Assembly (NCBI GenBank): GCA_032124675.1
Contig: JAQBDA010000196.1
Location: 207-64,206, forward strand
Direction: 5' to 3'
From: Chloroflexota bacterium
GTDB lineage: Bacteria; Chloroflexota; Anaerolineae; Anaerolineales; UBA4823
Length of the DNA stretch: 64,000 bases
The translations under genes and the position numbers were made by a program. Each line of letters starts with the position of its first letter. Position 1 is the first letter of the stretch. The notes beneath the pieces were generated by a model. That model had not been told where the DNA came from. It did not search any database and saw only the letters and a list, made by a program, of their open reading frames with translations. Shown in pieces: positions 43,657 through 52,800 of this stretch.

Positions 43657-44696
43657 TTCTCCCGGTTGGCGGCGATAGCTTCAGGGTCGATGGTCGAAGT
43701 CCGTTCTGGGACCTGAAGGAAGCTGGTGAATGCCTCATCCAGCCCGGCTTGTGAGTTCACCGGGAAGACGAACATCTGCAGCGGCATATCCTCCTGGAAG
43801 GGCACCGACAGCATATAGTCTATCCATGCCTGGGCCAGACCGATATTTTGGCTGCCCTGCAATATGCCAACGAACTCGATCTGCCGGAAGCAGGTCTCAT
43901 CGCTGACTACCGCGGCGGTGGGCGGTTCTTCCAGCGCTGTCTCAGCGTAGATCACCTCGAATGCAGGGCTAGAGTTGTAGGAGACCACCACCGGTCGCGG
44001 TCCAGCGCCGCTCGACCCGCTGAAATCGGAATAATATGCAGTTTCCCAATCGTTCACTACGAGAACATCGTTTTCTACCAGTCCCTGCCAGTAATCCAGG
44101 TATGCCTGAGGACCGAAGTGCCCGATGGTCGCAAATAAGAACGCCAGTCCCGGGGAGGAGGTGGCGGGGTTCTGCACCACCAGCAGGCCTTCGAATTCCG
44201 GTTTCAACAAATCTTCCAGCGTCCCTGGTGGGGAAAGTCCTCGTACCATGAAGTAACTTTTATCGTAGTTCAGGCAAACATCCCCGTAATCCACCGGTAA
44301 GGCACGCTGCTGGGGGTCAAGCTTGAAATGATCCGGGATGCTGTTCAGCGCTGGCGATGAATAGGGGATGAAGATATCTTCATCTAATGCTCGGCTTAAG
44401 AAGGTATTGTCCACTCCGTAGAAAACATCTGCCAGAGGGCTGGTTTTTGATAGGATGGCTTTGTTCAGGGCTGTGCCCGTGTCCCCGGCTTTTAAGAACT
44501 GTAGTTTTGCACCATGCCTGGTCTCGAAGGCCGTGATGAGCGGCTCTGAAATGGCAAACGAGTCATGGGTCATGATGGTGAGCGTTCTAGGTGCTGTCAC
44601 GGCATCTGTGGGGATTGCGGCCGCCTGGCTGCAGGCTGAGATCAGTGCCGCAGATAACAATAGAAGTAGTATGGTTTTTCGCATCTTGACCCTCAT
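43620..44696 (-). CDS. Thiamine/TPP-type ABC substrate-binding lipoprotein (ThiB/TbpA-like)
   Basis: Lipobox LISAC and a type-II SBP fold pattern (LTIMTHDSF...ADVFYGVDN). Context: downstream of a TPP riboswitch and a TPK gene. Confidence 0.7.
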   Translation of the reverse strand: MRVKMRKTILLLLLSAALISACSQAAAIPTDAVTAPRTLTIMTHDSFAISEPLITAFETRHGAKLQFLKAGDTGTALNKAILSKTSPLADVFYGVDNTFLSRALDEDIFIPYSSPALNSIPDHFKLDPQQRALPVDYGDVCLNYDKSYFMVRGLSPPGTLEDLLKPEFEGLLVVQNPATSSPGLAFLFATIGHFGPQAYLDYWQGLVENDVLVVNDWETAYYSDFSGSSGAGPRPVVVSYNSSPAFEVIYAETALEEPPTAAVVSDETCFRQIEFVGILQGSQNIGLAQAWIDYMLSVPFQEDMPLQMFVFPVNSQAGLDEAFTSFLQVPERTSTIDPEAIAANREKWINAWTETVLR

Positions 44697-45362
44697 TTAC
44701 GAGTTCTGGTCTTGGTGAATGACCACGCACAGGAGGGAGCCTTGCTCTAGTGAGATGGAGCCTTGTTTGCCGGTCAGCGAGTTGCTAATGCCGCGACTGG
44801 CGCCGAAATGCAGCGTTTCGCCCTCCAAGGGGTATTCCAGCCCCTGTGTCGTAACACCATGCGCGCCACCGCTGACCGGTATTAGCGATACCACGTCACC
44901 CGGCTCTCCCAGGATCGAGTAATTCTCGCCGCCATGCAGCATGGTCAGCACCTGCTGGTCATCCACCAGACGTATTTTGGTATCTTTAAGACCGATTGAG
45001 GCGGGCAGCAGCAAGTTCGCCAGAGTCTGGTCCCATCTTGCTCCCAGACCCCCGAATACCAGAATGTCCTCTACACCGAGCGACCTGGCGTGCAGGAGTG
45101 CCAGCTCCAGGTCCGTATAGTCCTTGCGGGCAGGATGGCGGATCATGACTGTCTCTTGCGCGATAAATTGATCCAGGTCAGATTCAAGGAGAGAGTCGAA
45201 ATCGCCGATCAAGTAATCCGGGATGATGCCAAGCCTGGCGCAATGCAGAGCGCCGCCATCCGCGGCGATGATCAAGTCTCCGCTCTCCAGATATTTGTGG
45301 ACACGTTCATCATCAGTTATCAGCCCATTGGCGAAGATCACAGCACGCATTCGATCAGCCAA
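44697..45362 (-). CDS. thiN: Thiamine pyrophosphokinase
   Basis: IAADGGALHCARLGIIPDYLIGDFDS and KDYTDLELAL motifs. TTG start 45362, with GGAGG 7 nt upstream inside the riboswitch terminator stem. Alternative ATG at 45350. Confidence 0.8.
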   Translation of the reverse strand: MADRMRAVIFANGLITDDERVHKYLESGDLIIAADGGALHCARLGIIPDYLIGDFDSLLESDLDQFIAQETVMIRHPARKDYTDLELALLHARSLGVEDILVFGGLGARWDQTLANLLLPASIGLKDTKIRLVDDQQVLTMLHGGENYSILGEPGDVVSLIPVSGGAHGVTTQGLEYPLEGETLHFGASRGISNSLTGKQGSISLEQGSLLCVVIHQDQNS

Positions 45363-45505
45363 GACAAAACCCTCCTCTTTTCCGGAGGAGGGTGCTTTTT
45401 CTTTTCGCGCAATTCCTCCGCCGGCATTACCCGGATCAGGTTCGCGGGTCGAGAGCTTGTGGCTCTCCTCTCAGCCTGGCACCACCAGGCTCCCCGTGCA
45501 ATATA
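45363..45505 (-). ncRNA. TPP (THI-box) riboswitch with terminator/SD-sequestering hairpin
   Basis: The minus strand reads GGGGAGCCUGGUGGUGCCAGGCUGAGAGGAGAGCCACAAGCUCUCGACCCGCGAACCUGAUCCGGGUAAUGCCGGCGGAGGAA (CUGAGA and ACCUGAUCCGGGUAAUGCCGGCG boxes). This is followed by ACCCUCCUC-cggaaaa-GAGGAGGGU and UUUUGUCUU. Confidence 0.85.
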
Positions 45506-45520
45506 TTTTGCAACGCTATA

Positions 45521-45550
45521 AGTATACTCTCAGAAAGTACCGCCTGTCAA
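45521..45550 (-). promoter_or_regulatory. Candidate promoter of the riboswitch-thiamine salvage operon
   Basis: Minus strand: TTGACA (45550-45545), 18 nt, TATACT (45526-45521). Confidence 0.45.
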
Positions 45551-45604
45551 CCCCTGTTTCCCAACTGCGAAAGTCCTTGATAAGTATAGAAACGGGCTGA
45601 AGGT

Positions 45605-46393
45605 CTAGCGGATGCGGCGCTTCCATTCATCCTTCAACTGAAGCTGCTTCGGGCTTTCGCCTGAACTCAGGCTCAGAAAGTCGGTCAGCAATCGGTTGAA
45701 TTTGCTGGGTTCGTCCAGCATGGGAAAGCGACCTGACCCGTCCAGGATGATCCAGTGGGTGTTCTCACCCCATTGTGCAACCTCATCCAGCTCGGGAGGA
45801 TTGACAGCCGGGTCATTTTTACCGTGGACGAGCAGTACCGGTCTTGTGGAACGGTCCGGCAGGGTGGGCAGGTCTATTTCCTGGATATCATCCAGTGAGG
45901 CTGAAACAGCTTTGGGGTCGCTCTTCCCCGCTTCCGACCAGGCTGCCTCGGTCGTGGGGCTGCGCCCTAACAGCCAGTCTGCCAGTTCGACCGGTTCTGA
46001 GGAACGCAAGCGCGAATTGACCGCGTTGATATGGTGTGGGTAGCCGACTGCCAAAATGCGGTCAACCGCTTCAGGATAGCGCTGGGTATAAATCAGTCCG
46101 GTTACTGCACCCAGACCATGACCGATGATAGCGATCTTGTTGATCCCCATGGCATCCATGAATTCTTCCAACAGCATGGCTTGCTGATTAATTGAGTAGT
46201 AGGCGGGATTCTTGGCTGTGTCACCGAAACCCCACAGGTCGATTGCATACGTGCGGAAAGACAGGGATGCAGCCTGCATGGTTGATATCCAATAACGCCA
46301 TGAACCAACCCAATCGTGAAGGAAGAGCAGCGGACGGCCGCGCCCAAGCACCTCATAATGTATGATTTCATTGTGCAGGATGACAGCGCTCAT
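45605..46393 (-). CDS. Alpha/beta-hydrolase-fold protein lacking the catalytic Ser and His (probable pseudoenzyme)
   Basis: Paralog of 56868..57665. The nucleophile elbow reads IIGHGLGA (GGT Gly where Ser is expected). The His position reads SGRFPMLDEP (CGC Arg), against SGHFIMLDEP in the paralog. Asp is retained (VHGKNDP). Confidence 0.8.
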   Translation of the reverse strand: MSAVILHNEIIHYEVLGRGRPLLFLHDWVGSWRYWISTMQAASLSFRTYAIDLWGFGDTAKNPAYYSINQQAMLLEEFMDAMGINKIAIIGHGLGAVTGLIYTQRYPEAVDRILAVGYPHHINAVNSRLRSSEPVELADWLLGRSPTTEAAWSEAGKSDPKAVSASLDDIQEIDLPTLPDRSTRPVLLVHGKNDPAVNPPELDEVAQWGENTHWIILDGSGRFPMLDEPSKFNRLLTDFLSLSSGESPKQLQLKDEWKRRIR

Positions 46394-46443
46394 GCGGTTC
46401 GAGAGGCCGTGTTCTATCGAACAGGCTCCCCCTCACAGTCTGG

Positions 46444-46821
46444 CTAACTACCCTTATTTTCGGCCAGGATGGCGTTTACGCGTTCGGTCAATTGGTCAGG
46501 AGCGAAAGGCTTCAATATGTATTCTATGGCTCCGGCCTCCAGCCCGGTCTGGACCTCTTTCTCCTGCCCCTTCGCAGATAAGAATACAACTGGGATGTGC
46601 CTAGTCGTTTCATCGGTTTTAATCTTTTCACAGGCCTCGTAACCCGTCATGCGCGGCATTCGTACGTCGAGCAAGATCAGGTCTGGTGAGAGTTCGCGGG
46701 CTTTTTCATATGCTTCCTCACCATTTGCCGTAGCGGTGACTTCATGCCCGGCAAAACTGAGTGTGAAATTGATCAGATCTCGGATATCGCGTTCGTCTTC
46801 AGCAATTAATATTCTTGCCAT
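46444..46821 (-). CDS. Single-domain CheY-like response regulator
   Basis: ILIAEDE, DLILLDVRMPRMTG, LSAKG, ILKPF. Starts 9 nt after the kinase stop. Confidence 0.9.
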   Translation of the reverse strand: MARILIAEDERDIRDLINFTLSFAGHEVTATANGEEAYEKARELSPDLILLDVRMPRMTGYEACEKIKTDETTRHIPVVFLSAKGQEKEVQTGLEAGAIEYILKPFAPDQLTERVNAILAENKGS

Positions 46822-46830
46822 AATACCTCA

Positions 46831-49800
46831 TCATTTTTCTGGATTGTAGACCGGCAGCGTAAATGAGAAGGTGCTGCCTTCACCAGGTACGCCGCTGCTT
46901 TCCAGCCAGATCTTCCCATCGTGCATGTCTACCAGGTGCTTGACGATCGATAACCCAAGCCCCGTACCAGAGGTCGCCAATACAAAAGGATGCTCGCCGC
47001 GGTAAAACCGCTCGAATACTCGCGGCTGTAAATCAAGCGGGATGCCGATACCGGTATCCTGAATATCGATCTGGACGTCGTCACCAGCCCGCCGCGTGCG
47101 CACCAGGATGCGACCACCTTCTGCCGTATAGCAGTAAGCATTTTCCAGCAGGTTCTCAATGATACGACGCACCTGTTCCGGATCACCCAGCACCCTGGGC
47201 AGTTTACGGGGGATATCAGTTTCGATCTGCATCGGTTTATTGTCTTCCTGGGAGCGGCGAGCAAGGTCGGTGGTGGTCTCATGTGCCAGTGGTGCCAGAT
47301 CGAAATGCTGTATAGAGAGGTTAAGCCGTCCGGATTCTATTCTGGAGATATCCAGAAGGTCATTTACAAGGATCGCCAGACGCTCGGAATTGTTCTTGAC
47401 GATCTCTAGGAAGTGCGCCTGCTGGTTGGTGAGCGGACCGGCGGCACCCATGAGCAGGATATCGACGTAGCCTTTTATCGAAGTCATTGGCGTCCGCAGT
47501 TCGTGGCTGACGGTAGCAACAAACTCAGATTTCAGCCGGTCAACCTCCACCTGGTGGGTGATATCCCGGAAGATCGATACCGTGCCGAGGAAATTATCCC
47601 GCAAGCTTACCGGTGCCAGATGGACTGATACCACTCTTCCATTGTCCAGATCGATCTGCTCGGCATATGTATCCCCGTGGGTAAAGGTGTCTGGATTTTG
47701 CGACCACGTTCGGATGGTGCCCATCCAGGCCTTGGCAGCCTTGCCAAAGATCCCGATGAAATGTTCCAGCGATTTGCCGATGACATTCGACCGGTTGAGC
47801 CCCAGGATGTCCTCGGCAGAGTCGTTGAACAGGGTGATCCTCATCGTCTCATCCGTAACCAGGACACCATCCGCCACATCTTCTAGCATCGCTTTCGTGC
47901 GCTGAGTCTCGATCTGCTGGCTTCTCACCATATTGCCAAGGTCTTCCGCCTGGTCGCGGATCAGCCGGTACAGCTCGGCGTTGTTCACCGCGATAGCTAC
48001 CTGGTTCGCAGCCGCCTGTACCATGTCTAATTGGTCCATTGAGAAATGGTCCACCCTGCGATGGAAGAACAGCAGCGTGCCCAGGGAGACACCACCGATC
48101 AACAGCGGCACACCGATAGCACTGCGATACTCGACGGTGCTGTTGGGCAGCTGCACCCATCTTGGGTCATCCCTGACATCTGGGATGAGAACAGGTTTGC
48201 GCTGCTGGATGATCCAACCTGCCAATCCCTCGTCCGGGTCTAGCGAGGTAAAGAATTCATCCGTAGTAAGCGCGGTCTGGTAGCCGACTGAGGCCAGGTG
48301 ATGCAGCTTCTTCTCCCCGGTGCGGGCGAGCAGCACGGTGATGTGCTCTGCATCGATGATCTGGTTGAGCACCTTCAGGGTGCGAGTGAGCACTTGTTCC
48401 AGGTCCAGGCTGGCGGAAAGCTCGGTGATCAGCCGCAGCAGGGTTTCGGTGCGCTGATGAGCGCGCGCCAGCTGCTCTGTGCGTTCGCGCACGCGCTGGT
48501 CGAGTTCATTCGTCAGGCTGCTTGTCTCTGCATACAGGCGACCGTTCTGGATGGCGATGGCCGCCTGGTTGCTGATAGTTTTTGCCAGCCCGACTTCATC
48601 ACCGGTGTAATGGTATGGTTGCTCCGAATGTACCAGGAGGATGCCGTGCAGGTCGCTTCCTGTAGCCAGCGACAGCGCCAGCAGGGACTGCGTGCCGATC
48701 TCGTCCAGATACTCCTTGAGAGGTGCCAGCTCTTCTTCCGAGCTAACGTCCTCGCAGTAAAAGACACCCAGGGTCTGCCGCAGGCGCTCGAATATCGGGG
48801 CATCAGGAATTGTGCGTGGTATGGTCACGTCTCGCGGGGGGAGCTCGGCTTTCAATACTGCCTTTCCCGATGTATCGAACATAACCGCTGAGACAGCAGT
48901 GCAGTTGAGTGTTTCGATGAGCTCCTGGAGTATGATTGACAGCAGATGGTCTGGATCGAGGGAACCGCTCAATTGGGTGGAGAAGCGGTTGAGCATTTCC
49001 AGGCGCTGCGAACGCTGGTCGAGGTCCGCGGCTCGGGATACGATCTGCTGGTAGAGGTTTGCATTTTCCAGGGCAACGGCCGCCTGTCCTGCAAAAGCGA
49101 TGGCAATCTGGATATGCTCGGCACTGTAAAAGTCTTCCTCGTCCTTTTCCAGAGCGATAACACCGATTACCTCACCGCCTGCGACAAGCGGGAGTCCCAG
49201 CCAGGAGGGGTTTGGGTTTTCCACCAGGGACGGGAAACGAGGGTCGTTTCGTACATCTCCGACATAGATCGCCTGGCAGGTATCTATCATCTCACGCAGC
49301 AAGAGGCTGTCTTCGATCGAGATCGAGAGCCCGGTGCGGACATCGCTATCAGCAAATCCGCGCGTGCCATGCACGAACATCTGGTCAGCCTGGCGCAGCC
49401 ACAGCGTGCCGGTATTGAATGGCAGAATAGCCTCCAGTTGGTCCAGCAATGAGCCAACCAGTTCCTCTGGCTGAAGGTTGGAGGAGATGATTGCCGCTGC
49501 TCCGGTCAGTGCCTGAAGCTGGTTGGCGCGCAGCTCTGCTGCCCGGAACAACCGTGAATACTCCAGGTTCAGCGCGGTTTGCTGGGTCAGGGAGGTCACA
49601 AGCGCCTGGGCATCGATTGAGAAGGCTTCCGGAACCTTGAAATTCTCGACCACCAGCACGCCTAAAGGATCGGTTCCCGGCGCTTTCTGCAGCGGAACGG
49701 CCATACTGGAGACCGGCAGCAAGCCATCGGTGGCGTCATGATAATTGAGCAGCATATCCGAGGTGAGGTTGTATAAACTGGGGAAATTCACTTCTTCCAC

Positions 49801-52800
49801 CCGTATAGGCTGGTTCTTGGCGAACGCTTTGCCAGGCAGGGCTTCTCCGGGCTGGTAGTGAATCTGCATGATCTTTTCCTGGACCACATACCCCGCGGCC
49901 GCCTGTGGTATGAGCAGTTCTTTCTTCGGGTCCCAGATCACCACCAGGCTGGCCTGGGCTAACGGCAGGACATGCAGAGCGCTCTCAACAAGTGTTTGCA
50001 AGATCCGTTCAGGCTCCAGGTTGCTCAGCTGGCGGTTGAAGTCCAGCAGCAGGTTCACTTCAGCCAGGTGACGGCTGATCTCCAGGAGCAGGTTCAAGTT
50101 CTGCAGCGTGATGGCGACATTCCGAGCCAGCAGAGAGAAAAGCTGTTCATCCTCGGCTGAAAATGGCGCCAGAGGTTTCTGGCTGATTGCCAAAATTGCT
50201 GAGTCCAGCCTTGCTCCGATAAAGATCGGTATGCAGATGAAGGATTTTGCCTCCAGGGTGTGCAGCAGTGGAGAAGCAGACCAATCGGAATCTGTCTCCA
50301 GGCGGGAGACCAGGATTTGCTCGCCGCTTTGCAGGGTGTGCAGCAGCGGGTTGCGCTGTCCGATGAGCGCGTCGATCTGGATATTGCCCGGCACTCGCCC
50401 AAGACTGTGCAGTAGATGTGGTCCAAGGTTCCCGGGCTCGACGATCAGGGCAATATCCATGTCCATCCGGGTTAATATCTCTCGCCCGAAGACCATCAAG
50501 ACACTGGAACGGTCGCCCTGGCGGCTGACGATCTCGGAGATATCCATGCCGGAACGGATGCGAGCCGCTCGCTGGCTGAGTTGCTGGACGGCGATTGTCT
50601 GCTCCAGGTCTTTATGCATCAAGATTGGAAGGTGGCTGTGTGCTGTAAGCACAGCCTGCTCAGCTCGGACAAGGTCTTCTTGAATATGCTCTGCACGGGA
50701 CTTCAGCCCGTGAATATTCCGGTGGCTAGTAATGACGTAAGAAGCCTGCTGGACGAAGATATCGAGCGATTCCAAGGTCTGAAGATCAGGGCGCAGGTGA
50801 TCGCGCGGTTCCTGCAGGGTGATAATACCCAATGGCTGCTCGTCGTGGTCTGTCATTGGGATGAAAAGCAGGTCTCCCGGCTGCCAGACATAGCCAGATG
50901 CTGCCTTATCTGCGCCTTTATGTGGTGCTGTGGGGGATTTTTCAACAGGAACGAAGGTCGCTTTCCCCAGTGCGTACTCTGGCAAAATCAGGTCGCTATA
51001 GCTGGCCCATGATACAGGTGCTCTTCCTTCTTCTGGGGCGGAGCCCCGGCTGCCTTCAACTCCGGCTGAGGAGATCAGCTCCTCTCGGTCTGGGTCGTAA
51101 TAATATAAGGACACTCGATCGAACAGGGTCGATTCTTGTATCGTCACTGCAATCTTACTGAGGGAGTTTTCCAGCGCTTCAATTGATCCATCATTTAGTG
51201 ATGTGTTCAGCAGCTTGGCCAGCGATTCAACCCGCCGGTTGAGCTGCTCACTCTGCTGGACTCGTTCCTGGTAGCGGTAAGCGTTGCCAAGTGCAACCGC
51301 GGCCTGCAACGCCAGCGCCTCACAGATATCCATCGCAGTCTGATCGAACAGGCGGGGTGTTTTCGAATGTAGGTGGATCAGCCCGGCAGTGTTACCCTGG
51401 TAGGCAATCGGTACGATGAGTGATGCACGGATATCCCTGTGGGGAGGTGGGCGGGAAGCTTCTTCATCACCGGTTAGATCAGCCGTCTCTGGTTTGTAAT
51501 CATCGCAGATCAGCGCCTCTCCGCTTTGCAGAACGCGCAACTCCAGAGAGTGCATGCTCTCAGGAAGTGGATCTCCAATCTGCAGCAGTATTCCAGGCCA
51601 GGGCATTGGTTGATCGTCGCTTTCCGGCACGGTCAGATCATCCCCATCATTATCGAAGAGAACGATGTTGCCGCAATCGGCATGCGTGGTCTGCCGCACT
51701 TCATCATACACTTGCTGAAGAATTTTATCGAGGTCAAGGTTGGTATTGAGCTCTCTGCTAAGGCGCGTTAACGAGGTGAGCTGGTCGACCCGCTGGCGCA
51801 GGGATTCATCCGTTTGGGTATACAGGGCGGCAGATTCGATCAGGCTTGCAAGCTGCCCGCAGGCAGTGATGACCGTCTGCACATCGCTGTGGGCGAAGAA
51901 ATGCGGCTGGTAGCTGCCCATCAAAAGCTCCCCAATCCCCCGGTCTCGAACGACCAATGGTGCGATGATGGCAGATTTCAAGCCCAGGCTGAGTAGCAGC
52001 GGGTGATACAGACGTGGTAGACGTAGATCATCCTGAATGTCGTCGCTGAATAGATAGTTCTGCGAACGGGCAACGCTCTGGGAAAATTCCGGGTCCTCTG
52101 ATGATATTTCCCCCATCCGGCTGGCAAATTCTGGTGAGATGCCAAATAATGAAGGTTTGTGGAGACGCAGCTCGCCGCGCTCCTGATCGAAGAGCAGCAC
52201 CCCGACCTTGTCGGCGTTCAGCAGTCGACCAAGATCTTGAAGGGAATATTTCAAGACCTCGTCCATTGTGGCAGATGACCCGGTCAGGCTGGCGATGCGG
52301 CGGAGCGTTTCGGCACGCTGTGCCCGGCGGTCCGATTGGTGGATCAACTCGGCGTTCTCAACAATTGGACCGGTCTGACCGGAGATAATCTCAAGCAGCC
52401 GTATATCATCCGGATCGAATGGGGTTTTATCCAGTTTATCGCCCACCAGGATATAGCCGAGGCTTTTACCGCTGGAGGTCAACGGCATCAGAACCATCTG
52501 CGTGATTCCGGCTGCAACAGCCAGATTATCGAACCCAAAAGCCTGCAGCTTGGGATCGGAAGCTGCCTGGTGAGAAATGATTGTTTCCCCTGACAGCCAC
52601 AGCTCCTCTGCCGGTGTTCCTGGTTTTATCACCGTGGTGGCCCATTCGATCACGTCTGCATGCAGCCCCATGAAGGGGTGCTGCCCCTCCAAAGTGTGGC
52701 GGAATTCATCGTACAGGATAAAGCCAAGGAAATTGACATCGATCAGCGGTGCAATGCTTTCGATGAGGTGCAAGAACAGGTTTTTTACATCTCGGCCGGT

